This document shows positions 12,190-25,103 of a stretch of DNA of 64,000 nucleotides, piece after piece (the first letter of the stretch is position 1; each line of letters starts with the position of its first letter). Origin of the DNA: Saccostrea echinata (lineage: Eukaryota); assembly GCF_033153115.1 (NCBI RefSeq), contig NW_026889805.1, positions 15,314,001-15,378,000 of the forward strand, read 5' to 3'. The notes beneath the pieces were generated by a model that saw nothing but the letters and a program-made list of their open reading frames with translations, was not told where the DNA came from and ran no database searches. The translations under genes and the position numbers were made by a program.

Positions 12190-15100
12190 CTAGACCCTGA
12201 ACGATGGAAGAAAAAACCGTGATGAAGGGTATATAGACCCTGGTGATTGGTATACAGTACCTGGTGATAGATAAACTGACCCTGGTAATGGGTCAAGAGA
12301 CCCTAGTGATTGGTATACAGAACCTGGTGATGGATAAACTGACCCTGGTGATGGGTCAAGAGACCCTAGTGATTGGTATACAGATCCTGATGATAGGTAT
12401 ATAGACCCTGATGATAGTTATAGATGGTGGTGGGTATATACAGACCCTGGTGATAAGTATAGAGACCCTGGTGATAGGTATACAGAGCCTGGTGATAGGT
12501 ATACAGACCCTGGTGATGGGTATACAGACCCTGGTGATAGGTATACAGAATCTGGTGATAGGTATACAGACCCTGGTGATAAGTAAAGAGACCCGGGTGA
12601 TGGGTATACAGACCCTGGTGATGGGTATACAAACCCTGGTGATGTGTATATAGACCCTGGTGATAGGTTTATAGACCCTGGTGATGGGTACACAGACCCT
12701 GGTGATGGGTATACAGACCCTGGTGATGGGTATATAGACCCTGGTGATAGGTACATAGACCCTGGTGATAAGTATACAGACCCTGGTGATAGGTATACAG
12801 ACCCTGGTGATAGGTATACAGACCCTGGTGATAAGTAAAGAGACCCAGGTGATAGGTATACAGACCCTGGTGATGGGTATACAGACCCTGTTGATAGATA
12901 CAATGTAATACAGACCCTGGTGATGGGTATATAGACTCTTGTGATGGGCATACACACCCTTGTGATAGGTATACAGACCCTGGTGATAGGTATATAGACC
13001 CTGGTGATAGATAATACAGACCCTGGTGATAGGTATACAGACCCTGGTGATGGGTATACAGACCCTGGTGATGGGTATACAGACCCTGGTGATAGATAAT
13101 ACAGACACTGGTGATGGGTATACAGACCCTGGTGATAGGTATACAGAATCTGGTGATGGGTATACAGACCCTGGTGATAAGTAAAGAGACCCGGGTGATA
13201 GGTATACAGACCCTGGTGATGGGTATACAAACCCTGGTGATGTGTATATAGACCCTGGTGATAGGTTTATAGACCCTGGTGATGGGTACACAGACCCTGT
13301 TGATGGGTATACAGACCCTGGTGATGGGTATATAGACCCTGGTGATAGGTACATAGACCCTGGTGATAAGTATACAGACCCTGGTGATAGGTATACAGAC
13401 CCTGGTGATAGGTATACAGACCCTGGTGATAAGTAAAGAGACCCGGGTGATAGGTATACAGACCCTGGTGATGGGTATACAGACCCTGTTGATAGATAAT
13501 ACAGACCCTGGTGATGGGTATATAGACTCTTGTGATGGGCATACACACCCTTGTGATAGGTATACAGACCCTGGTGATAGATAATACAGACCCTGGTGAT
13601 AGGTATACAGACCCTGGTGATGGGTATACAGACCCTGGTGATGGGTATACAGACCCTGGTGATAGATAATACAGACACTGGTGATGGGTATACAGACCCT
13701 GGTGATAGGTATACAGAATCTGGTGATGGGTATACAGACCCTGGTGATAAGTAAAGAGACCCGGGTGATAGGTATACAGACCCTGGTGATGGGTATACAA
13801 ACCCTGGTGATGTGTATATAGACCCTGGTGATAGGTTTATAGACCCTGGTGATGGGTACACAGACCCTGGTGATGGGTATACAGACCCTGGTGATGGGTA
13901 TATAGACCCTGGTGATAGGTACATAGACCCTGGTGATAAGTATACAGACCCTGGTGATAGGTATACAGACCCTGGTGATAGATAATACAGACACTGGTGA
14001 TGGGTATACAGACCCTGGTGATAGGTATACAGAATCTGGTGATGGGTATACAGACCCTGGTGATAGATATACAGTTCCTGGTGATAGATAATACAATTCC
14101 TGGTGATGGATATACAGACCCTGGTGATGTGTATATAGACCCTGGTGATAGGTTTATAGACCCTGGTGATGGGTACACAGACCCTGGTGATGGGTATACA
14201 GACCCTGGTGATAGGTATACAGACCCTGGTGATAAGTAAAGAGACCCGGGTGATAGGTATACAGACCCTGGTGAAGGGTATACAGACCCTGTAGATAGAT
14301 AATACAGACCCTGGTGATGGGTATATAGACTCTTGTGATGGGCATACACACCCTTGTGATAGGTATACAGACCCTGGTGATAGGTATATAGACCCTGGTG
14401 ATAGATAATACAGACCCTGGTGATAGGTATACAGACCCTGGTGATGGGTATACAGACCCTGGTGATGGGTATACAGACCCTGGTGATAGATAATACAGAC
14501 ACTGGTGATGGGTATACAGACCCTGGTGATAGGTATACAGAATCTGGTGATGGGTATACAGACCCTGGTGATAGATATACAGTTCCTGGTGATAGATAAT
14601 ACAATCCCTGGTGATGGATATACAGACCCTGGTGATGGGTATACAGACCCTGGTGATAGATAATACAGACCCTGGTGATAGGTATACAGCCCCTGTTGAT
14701 GGGAATACAGCCCCTGTTGATGGGTATACAGACCCTGGTGATGGGTATACAGACCCTGGTGTTGGGTATACAGACCCTGGTGATGGGAATACAGCCCCTG
14801 TTGATGGGTATCAAACCCTGGTGATGGGTATACAGACCTTGGTGATAGATAATACAGACTTTGGTGATGGGTACATAGACTCTGGTGATAGGTATACAGA
14901 CCCTGGTGATGGGTATACAGACACTTGTGATGGGTATACAGACCCTGGTGATAGATAATACAGACACTGGTGATGGGTAAACAGACTCTGGTGATAGGTA
15001 TACAGAATCTGGTGATGGGTATACAGACCCTGGTGATAAGTAAAGAGACCCGGGTGATAGGTATACAGACCCTGGTGATGGGTATACAAACCCTGGTGAT

Positions 15101-15345
15101 GGGTATATAGACCCTGGTGATAGGTTTATAGACCCTGGTGATGGGTATACAGACCCTGGTGATGGGTATACAGACCCTGGTGATAGGTACATAGACCCTG
15201 GTGATAAGTATACAGACCCTGGTGATAGGTATACAGACCCTGGTGATAGGTATACAGACCCTGGTGATAGGTATATAGACCCTGGTGATGGTATACAAAC
15301 TATGGCAATACATAAACAGACCCTGGTAATAAGTATACAAACCCT
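12190..15345 (-). repeat. 21-bp tandem repeat, right arm of foldback (inverted relative to 6160-7580)
   Basis: Roughly 145 units reading GGGTATACAGACCCTGGTGAT on the plus strand, with the same variant units as the left arm; degenerate below ~12430. Confidence 0.97.
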
Positions 15346-16804
15346 GTAAAAATAATTAATTTATAAAAGAAATATATGATAAATGCATTAATAAATCAAT
15401 AAATAAATGCAAAAATAAATCAATCAATCAATAAAAAAATAAATAAAAATACGAATAAATGAATGCATAAATAAATAGATAAATAATAAATAAATAAATA
15501 AATAAATTAATAGAATACGAAATAAATGAAGGAATGAATATAATAAATAAACAAATAAATGAACTCCTTAATGAATTAATCAATTACTTAATTATTAGAA
15601 TCATAAATAAATAAATAAATAAATAAACAAACATGCATACAAATTAATAAATCAATGAATTAATTAATAGATAATTAATTAATGGATGGAATAATTAATA
15701 AATGAAGGAAAGAATGTAATAAATGAATTTAAATAAAAATACAAATAATATATTTTTTAATAAATTAATCAGTTACTTAGTTAATTAATTATAAGAATGA
15801 TAAATAAATAAATTAAATAAATAAATTAATTAATTAATAATTGAATAAATAAATAAATAAAAACTAACTTTAAAGTTGATTAATTTATTCTTCTGCTTTT
15901 TTAAATAAAAGTTGATCGAATTATGCAAAAATTTCTGCATCTGACTATAGTATCATTCCGCATTACTAGTTTCCATTATATATTCCGAATTTCCTCTCTG
16001 CTGTTTTCCGATCTCGATGGAAATTTATTTCACGCATGCGCTCTGCCTGGTTATAGAGGTTTGTTACGAGATCCAAAACAGCATACATATTATACCTCAT
16101 TGTAATGGAGAACCATCAGTAGCTCATGCTTACAATGATTCGTTAAATCAGAGGACCTTAACCAAGGTCATTTGAACGATTCAAGGTCAAATACATTCCC
16201 ATTAAAAATGTATCATTCTCTGGGCAATTCATGTCTAAATTGAACATCAACATGCTATCTTATTCTTTATTTTTTCGATATTTACGAATATTCTCAAGTA
16301 AAGAAAGCAGTATTGTATTTTAAATAAAAATTTTATTACAAACAATTATTTTCTTAAAAATCTAAGCTGTTATTTGAATAGACTAATACATTTCTCGTTC
16401 AATTGATTAAAGCTTAAGTTAATTTTGATTCAAATGCAGCGTGATAGCTTTTTTACATATTGTTAAGTGACAAAAATTACTCAATTTTCATCATAAATGT
16501 ACATATTTAAAGAAATGTCTACAAATATTATTTTGAAATATAAAAATATCTACATGTATATAAAATTGAAATAAACCTTGAAGACTTTTTTTAAATTATA
16601 TAAACAAAACTTAAGTAATCTTAGGTTTCAAAAATCTAAGAAACTTTCGATAACCTCTTAGTGATTGAGGAGAAAACGGTTGCTTATATTGCCTTTTGAT
16701 CTTAGGTCCTATATACGCTTAGCGGGGACCTAAAAAATTAGAACATAATATCCTACAGCCAAGTATTGTTTCAAACAACTCCTCAAATGTAATTTAAAAA
16801 AACC

Positions 16805-17107
16805 GCAATTTAATTAACAAAAGCGAATAAATGAATTCGCAATAGTATATAAAGTTCTAAACTTTTCGGACATACTACATAAAATTTATAATCTCTCAAG
16901 ATATAATACACGTACATGTATATAAAGCTAATGAATATTAAAAACATTCAAACAAATTCGCAATGTAGTTAACAAAAGCAAATTAATTCATTCGCAATGA
17001 TATATAGAGATAATAGACTTTTAAGACATACTACATAAATGTTATAATCTCTAGAGACATCATATATAAAGTTAATGAATTTTTAAGCCATTCAAACAAA
17101 TTCACAT
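16805..17107. repeat. Two-copy ~155-bp tandem duplication downstream of (probable 3' UTR of) the 4-CUB gene
   Basis: taacaaaagc...ttcgcaat...acatactacataaa...cattcaaacaaattc recurs at ~16815 and ~16970. Confidence 0.75.
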
Positions 17108-17199
17108 AACAATCTCAAATTCAATTTTAAAGTAAATTCCCACACACTGTCAATTTGCATCAATCCGGGCATTATACAATAAATGCAGTATTCACAGAA

Positions 17200-19329
17200 T
17201 CACTTAGAAATCTTTGAAATAGGTGGCAATTTGCTTTGTTTTGATATGGGTAAGTCTGGTAGTTTGTCCACATTGGATGACTGAACTGGTGGTAGTTTTA
17301 CTTTCGTTTTGGATCTGAGCGCGGTCTTTGGGCGGCGCTTTTTCTTGGCGTCATTGTCACTGTCACTATCGCTACTACTACTACTAACACTAGACACCGA
17401 TAGACGGCGCTTTTTAGGTTTACCCGATTTCATACCAGGGAGTTTTCCTTTCTTTATTGCTATTGCTAACCCTGCTATTAATCCGACAGCAACAATAGCC
17501 GCAATAGTTACTCCAGCTATCAGTGCAACATCTTGCCAAAAAGTGCTGGTCTTTTCTCTCTCTGCAATTATGGAAGACAAAATTGGAAGATTGAAACACG
17601 TATATTTTACAGTAAATATAGTATATATTATATATGATTATATATGTACTTGTAGCAATCTCTCTTTTAATAAAATTCTCAATTCTTTATAGGTTGTTAA
17701 CCATACTAACAAAAACTTAAAGCTTAAAAGAACTGCATGTACTTTAATTAGTAGGTTATAAAGTTTTTGATACAATTTATGTTTACAAATATATCAGCCA
17801 AGTCCAATCAACTTTATAATTTTTTCTTATTAATGCATACAGTTTTGGATTTCTACCACTGGTGAGGTAATACTACCTGTGGTGACGTAGTACTTGATTC
17901 TGAATCCCTTGAACTGAGCAGTGGAGTCCGTAATGAAGGCCACTAGTACATAGGAGCCAGTGTACTGGGTGATGGTGGGCTTCTCCACCCCACAGAAAGA
18001 ATCCAGGACAGGGTACGTAGTGCAGGGACCTGGGGAAAACAAGGTATAGAGAAAACAATTAAGAATTAAGTGATGCAGGGGTGAAGTTTTCAAGATATTC
18101 AACTTTTACTACATTTACGAGTGATAAAGATACACAACTATTTGTCATATCTGACATGGTTATATTTAGCATCACTTAAAATGTAATTACCAGTTCAGAT
18201 CTTTCACAAACATAAATATATTACCTCTATATACTGTAACCTTGTCAAATGAACAGGACGGATTAGCCTCAATTCTAGAATCCTCTACTTCAAGCTTAAT
18301 ATAACCACTATCAGTGGGATTGTGAATCAGCCAGTAAACTGTTGTTGAGCTGAAAATTCAACAATTTGAGTAATAACATTAACTAGATAGTGTTACTGAG
18401 AATGAACATAATATAATGTTCCTTTAAAAAATTTATCACACTTACTTATCATAGTTATTAGGGTAATTAGGTGATTCAAAATACTGGGCTGTAGAATTGG
18501 CAACAAGATTTGTTACTCCTGCAGGTGGAACACAAGATGGGGCCGCTGAAAAAAATGTGTTGAGATTTGAGATTATTATTGAAAGCAAAAAAACCTGATT
18601 ATTTCCATGCAACAACGCCATCTACATTGTTGTGCACGAATTAATACCATCGACGACTTACAGTAGTCTGTAAGGGCTGTATACTCCAGATTGAACCCTC
18701 TTTGACCGACGGATCCATCCGACCGGAACCGGATGTACAACTTGTTGCTAGTGGAGTTGACGCTGCTAGAGATCTCCCCGCAGTATGTAGCAATCACAGC
18801 TGCCTCAGCACTGCCGCCTGTGTTTATGAATCAAAACAAACTTCATTGAACGAATATTTATCTACACAGGTAAGAAAGAAATATTTGTTTTAAGGAGTTA
18901 CAGAATTTCCAGCGCTGAAAAGAGATGACAACTAACAACATAATGAGTACTTAAAGGTTATAATTCAATTAAATGTTAATAGGAACCACGATAGGAACCA
19001 TGTCATCAGTGAGTTTCTAGATTATACGTACTATTTTCTCTAGAAAATTCAGACTAAACTATATTTCATAAAGTTGATAGTTTCCAGACATATAATGAAT
19101 ACGTTATCATAATCTATATATAAACTAAGGTAAATTTTCACCATCATGGATGTTAACAGAGTCTCCTACACAGTCCTCACTGTCTTCCAGATAGGAATCT
19201 ATAACCTTCAGCTGAATCAGACTTCCTTCCGGTCCCTGGATCAACCAAGAACATATCAGGTTCCTGTGGTGGAAATATCATTTACTAACTCCATGCAAAG
19301 GTAAATTACTCAAGGTTTTAATCCACTTA

Positions 19330-19419
<90 letters not shown>

Positions 19420-22400
19420 GGCTTGTATCTGATTCAGAGGCAACCATAGATAATGTGTCTAAGCCCTACTTACGGTGAGTAGAATATTGGATAGCTTGGA
19501 GACTGTATATATTGTGTGTCGTTTGTGGCTGTTAGCTGTATAGTACCACTGCTACACACGTCATTCGGTGGTTGTGTGGTGGTCGTCGTGGGGGCTTGGG
19601 TAGTGGTAGCAGCTATAAATGTCGATAAATTTAGTGAATGTGGGAACAATACACAAACTCGTTTTCTCATTCTTCTCGATGTTTATTATCAAAGCTTTAG
19701 CTTATTCATTGGAAAAATAAAACAAGTTGCAAGTAAGTTTTCTTTGGTCTTAACCATTTATTTTATTACAGAGAAATTTATCTTACCAGTTCCTTCTTGT
19801 CTAAAGCTCAAGACAAACCCATGTCTTGTCCAGCCGCTTCGAATGGATCTGAATTTGATAAAGGCATCCGTACCACTGGTTAAAAATGTCAAAGTATTCC
19901 TACTGGGAAATGTATCTCTGCTGTCACAGAATGTCTGGGTGAGAGGGGTGGAGGCATCACTAGACCCTGAAATAAATATGGAGAGGAGACTCACTTGACC
20001 TTGGATCTAGTAAGCTTAATGAATTATGATTTTATTATCTAAGTTTAAGTCATTGTTCAGCGTGTTTAGAGAAATATCCATACCGTCATATATATCAAGC
20101 GTGTCCGAGTAGCATTCCTCTCCGCTCATCAGATCAGAAAACAGAATCTGTATTTCTACCTTTGCAGATGAGGTGATGCGCCACTGACACAACGACCCTC
20201 TGTTTAAAAAAAAAACAATATAGCATCCTCAGTATCCTTAGTTCTTAATGGACAAGTAAGTATATCACATAGTTTCTTCCCACTTGTAAATTTTTTAAGC
20301 AGGTGTTTCTCCCAAGAAATTTATTTGTTTAAAGCAAATAAAAATGAAATAATAAAGGTTCCCTTACTCGTCGTAAGAGTCCGGCCATTGTTTGTTAGTC
20401 AGGTATTGGACGGTACCGGTTGCTGTCAAACTCACAACGATAGAAGCACAGCCACCCTGATCTACAAGATATCTTCAAATGATAATACTTTGAAAACTTT
20501 AGATTTAACTACCAAAAGAGTGATTCGATAATTTTATACATGTCTTCATAAGTTTAAGAACCTTCCATTTTTCCGATGAAGTATCTCATTGTGAAGCCGG
20601 CCATTTCTAAACTATAGTCACTTTTAAGTCGGATAAGTGCATCTTTTCCAGTGGACACAAACATCCTGCCCCGACGAGCTGTACCGCAGACCGTCACGGA
20701 CTGGGCGCTAGTGCTGGATCCTGTTATTAATCAGAATTACTTCAGAATCTTTAAATACATGTATAAATTTTAATATAGAAATTAAAATAAGTAAAAACGC
20801 CGGCTTTTTGCATTTCTTGTGAGATTAATTGTCTAAACTAACCGTCAAAGAACTGGAGGAAGTCATAGACACATTCTGGTCCCTCGCCATCTTCTATAAT
20901 GTACTCCCGCATGTCCACCACGACACGGTTACCATTCCCGGCAGTTATCTGCCACTTACAGTCCATGTTCCTGTAGAAGGTCGGTGTATTTTTAGAACAC
21001 AGCTTGTTTGATATAATACTGAGATATTGTAATTCACATTGCTATTACACGCATTATACAATAGAATTAATATATACATGTAGTCGAAGAAAGTTATGCA
21101 TCATTTTTATCGAGTCGATAAAAAGTTGTTTTAAAACTGATAAGCTTCCGATTCTGGATATTATTTAGTTAATTAGCAAAGTTCCATATGCAAGGTATCA
21201 GTATTAGGGTGTTTTTGTCAAAGCCATCCACATGGTTTCAGTTTTTGACAAACATTTAATGATCGATAAGATTTCAATATATTGGTATCATTTTTGGTGT
21301 TATTTAGTCAATGTCTGTATTTTGGTGTTATTTAGTCAATGTCTGTATTTTGGTGTTATTTAGTCAATGTCTGTATTTTGGTGTTATTTAGTCAATGTCT
21401 GTATTTTGGTGTTATTTAGTCAATGTCTGTATTTTGTGTTATTTAGTCAATGTCTGTATTTTGTGTTATTTAGTCAATGTCTGTATTTGGGTGTTATTTA
21501 GTCAATGTCTGTATTTGGGTGTTTTTTAGTCAATGTCTGTATTTGGGTGTTATTTAGTCAATGTCTGTATTTGGGTGTTATTTAGTCAATGTCTGTATTT
21601 TGTGTTATTCAGTCAATGTCTGTATTTTGTGTTATTTAGTCAATGTCTGTATTTTGGTGTTATTTAGTCAATGTCTGTATTTGGGTGTTATTTAGTCAAT
21701 GTCTGTATTTTGGTGTTATTCGGGTGTTATTCAGTCATGTTCCATGAGGTATTCGATAGTTCTATATAAGCAATTGAGTGTTATATACGGTCAAGTTACT
21801 CACGAGTAATAGGACACCTTCCATCCTGGGGAACTAAAGGTCTGGAGGGTCCGGGTAGCAGCAGGAAGACTCTCAGTGCTCACCAAGTTATTAGCACTGC
21901 ATTGACTAAGGGCTGTCGGAAAAAAAAATGAAAGAGATGTTGTTTCCGATCTTATTGAAAATCTTGGATACAGGAATTTCAAACGTCTCATTCATGTCAA
22001 ATCAAGAATTGTTCGTGTAACTGTCTACAGCGTAAAACTGCAAAAGTTTGAACAATTCACCTAACTAACAGGAGAATGAAACTTGCCCCAAACTTTTTTG
22101 AAGCGATAGGTTGTGGGGAAAAAAAACTTATATGACTATATCAATTCCCACAATAACATCATTTAATGGAATGATTGAATATTAAATCGAATTCTCTTCT
22201 CTCTATAACGTCTTTTCAGTCTAACCTTAAATATGGAACTTCGATTTTAAACAACCTTTTCAATTCAATGAACAAATCCTTACAATAAAGGGAAGAAGAC
22301 TGTTCTGGAAACACGAAAATTTTACGTGTAATTTGGCATATGGTATTGTCATGGAGAAAAACTTACAGTTTTTCAATATACCTGTTTATCTTTGAAATAT

Positions 22401-22731
22401 GTAATTTATTTTAATAATTCAAAAAAAGTTAAGTTTTAATAATTTGTCATGTAATCATTTTCAACTTTAGATTGAAAATTAATAAAAGACAGTATTATGC
22501 GAATCATAACGGTAAAAAAGCATCAAGACGGATACTCTTTGAAGCTTGTCTAGCTCAAATTGTGATCTATTTTCATTTGTAAAGTAGTGTAAACTCTCCT
22601 TCAACAGAACCACATTTTGTTGCATCATTCGTGTCTTTAGATTATGATATACCAAATATAACACAACAACATCTCAGGTAGTACAAGTATTGAAATAAGA
22701 AGTGGAACAAAATCATTTGAATATGATTCAT
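17200..22731 (-). CDS. Type I membrane protein with four CUB domains (signal peptide-CUB-CUB-Thr-rich linker-CUB-CUB-TM-basic/Ser-rich tail), 673 aa
   Basis: 14 GT-AG exons with compatible phases: 22653-22731, 21804-21912, 20843-20970, 20562-20720, 20368-20461, 20084-20199, 19787-19966, 19474-19612, 19142-19263, 18662-18817, 18446-18545, 18225-18349, 17877-18029, 17200-17561 (2022 nt). CUB motifs include SPNYPNNY, CxWxI, CVYDFLQFFDG, YCG and FRSDGSVGQRGFNLEY; TM is VALIAGVTIAAIVAVGLIAGLAIAI. The first (signal-peptide) exon is the least certain. Confidence 0.9.
19333..19417. repeat. (TA)n microsatellite in an intron of the 4-CUB gene
   Basis: About 42 TA units. Confidence 0.98.
21291..21737. 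repeat. 28-bp minisatellite (GGTGTTATTTAGTCAATGTCTGTATTTT) in intron 2 of the 4-CUB gene
   Basis: About 15 near-identical units; period 28 (27 in some copies). Confidence 0.95.
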
Positions 22732-24464
22732 GTCTTCAATGCATCTTGATTGTCGACATCTAATTTTCAGGAAATGTAATTTTAAATTCAAAATATTGAT
22801 CCATTGATTGTCTCTGCCTATATTGCTCGTCAAAAATCCCAAAGTAAAAGATAAGTCAGAAAATCTGATTACTTAGTAAAACACCTTATAATAGAAAAAA
22901 CTTACCAAAGCCGAAAAAACTGCAAAATACATAGCACCATATTATCAATTTCTCCATTTTGATGAAAAATAAGTTTGGCTTAATAGAGATATCAAGACCA
23001 TGGAATTGCCATGTTGTGTTTAGTATACAGAGATCTGACAACAGAACAAAGCTGCTATTGGGACCTTTAAACGTTGAGCATGGTGTTTTTTCGATCTCTT
23101 TATTGTTACTCGGGATTGTGTATGAGACGTTAGTTACGTTCATTCATTGACCGTATTCCCTTTAAATTGTTTATAAATATCATCACGCTCTCGTAATTTT
23201 CATCAATGCCTTGTTCCTGTTTAGAGAATTCAGTTATAAGATAGATCTGCTTGACAGAAAGATAATCATATTCAGGCGCGGATCCAGGAATTTTTTCCAG
23301 GGGGGTCCACTCCAGTCCAAAAAAAAATTTTCAACCCAAAAATTTCTCGACAAGCAAAAAGCAAAACAAAAACAAAAAAAAAAACTACAATCCATTTCCC
23401 AAACGTGAAAAACACCTAACACTTATTTCGTGGTGGTGATGGTGGGGTCCACGTTTTCTAAGGGGGGGGGGGGTCGAAGGTCATTTTTTTTAAAATTTGT
23501 TTCAGTATATACTTTTAATACCTCTGCAAATTCTAGGGAGGGGGGAGGTCTTGAAAGAAAATATTTGAGCTTTTTTTGTGGGAATTGATCCCTTGAAGAA
23601 AATTTCACGATCCACACATGAACGTTTTGGTAAATATCGTTCATAGGGATGGAACAAACTTGTTTTCTTTACTACTTTATAAAGTTTGGGGTATAAGGAG
23701 TGGAGGAGTTTTGAAATGCCATCTTATGATTCATTTTAGGAAAATTCTGGTATGTTACTCAAAAATCTTAAAGATAGAATTGGAGTTTTAATATCATGCG
23801 CGGATCTTGGGGGGGGGGGGGGGGTTACATGTACATTCACATGAATAGTAACTACAGTTGATTATTTGTTACCAGACAATTAAGCAGTTTTATTAATGAC
23901 AGGGATTCCAAAAGTGTGTGTAGAATCTCAAAGTGACCGATAGGGGAGAGAGAGGGAGAGAAAGGATGACTTAAAAAGTCCTTATTTAAAGTTTGGAGAA
24001 AAATTTTTATAGGAGTAAAAAAATTATCCTACGGTCCATACAAGACATCGACCATTCTTTGTACACTGCCTTCAATGGCAAAACATAATTCTTGGAGAAC
24101 TTAATTAAACGGTTAAGAAAATATTTACAGGAAGTATTTTATTGTCGGTGTTTAAATTTTTTGTAATGAGATGACTAACACAGTAGAAGCAGATAATCGG
24201 ACTTTCGCTTCTTTGAAATTGTTAAAGAATTGTTGAATATTTATATCGTAGTCTAAGACATCCGTGCGCGTCTCGTGTAGTGTACAAGCACCAACTCATC
24301 GGATACAGGCACGTTGTTAAATTCATATGAGGTAAGATTATATATCAAAATGACAAAAATGGACTCTTAGTCCCAGTACTATAGAATGTTTTGGATAGAT
24401 TACTATAATTTCTTAATTATTTGATGAAATTAATATCGGTTTTCTTTCATTCGTTGGTGGTTAA

Positions 24465-25103
24465 GGATGTCCGATCCTCAGCTATGAACGATAACTCTTA
24501 AAATTATCATTTCATTTAAAGAGTCTATGAATGAAGTTTGAAATTAAAATCTTATCATGCAACAATTTTTATGTTATCAATCTCAATATGATTCAAGGTT
24601 CTTTAGAAACAAAATTAACATTTGTACCCCATAAAAGTACAAAAATAAATACATTTTTAGAGAAATTGAATTTCCTTTAATCTTGCCTTAGAAATCCAAT
24701 GTTGATTAGCATAATATGAAATTAGGAGTGATCTGTGATGTCTTGCAATGAAAGCACAAGCTTTTTACATTATATTATTATATAACAATTGAAGTAAATA
24801 GAACGAAAATACCGTACAAGTATGACCACATTCTCCAAAAGCCTGGATACATGTAGTTTATTGTCCTAAATTATATTTATTGTCCAATTTTCAATTAAAA
24901 AATGCATAGCTGGTGCCTTTTTCGTGTTTCCTTAAAATATTTTTGAGATTTGATAATTTTCTCTATATAATATGATTAACTATAATGATGAACGCTAAGA
25001 AATACAATGGGTAAAACATATTACTTTGTAAATTCAGAGACATTTTTATCAGTATTTTATATTACCAAAGTACTGATTTTCGGAATCTGATGATCGGACT
25101 ACC
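24465..25103. mobile_element. Old TTAA-type MITE (Kolobok-like)
   Basis: Imperfect TIR GGATGTCCGATCCTCAG / CTGATGATCGGACTACC (14 of 17 match), with TTAA on the left and TTCA on the right. Confidence 0.55.

Larger units (their letters stand above)
5295..16098. mobile_element. ~10.8-kb foldback-type non-autonomous DNA transposon with satellite-containing inverted arms
   Basis: Termini GAGGTATAATATGTATGC... / ...GCATACATATTATACCTC. The first ~217 bp of the two arms differ by 2 substitutions and 1 indel. Exact 7-bp direct repeat ATTGTAA at 5288-5294 and 16099-16105. Each arm continues through an AT-rich tract and a 21-bp satellite. No transposase ORF is visible in the spacer. Confidence 0.88.

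Noticed and set aside
12356-15340. 994-aa ORF and the overlapping SPGSVYP / ITRVCIP / HQGLYTH ORFs (also 6084-7314)
   Set aside because: The 21-bp unit has no stop in any frame on this strand. The five copies of the main TAA-containing variant fall in the other two frames, which is compatible with chance, and the ORF drifts between three unrelated peptide repeats. There is no sign of coding constraint.
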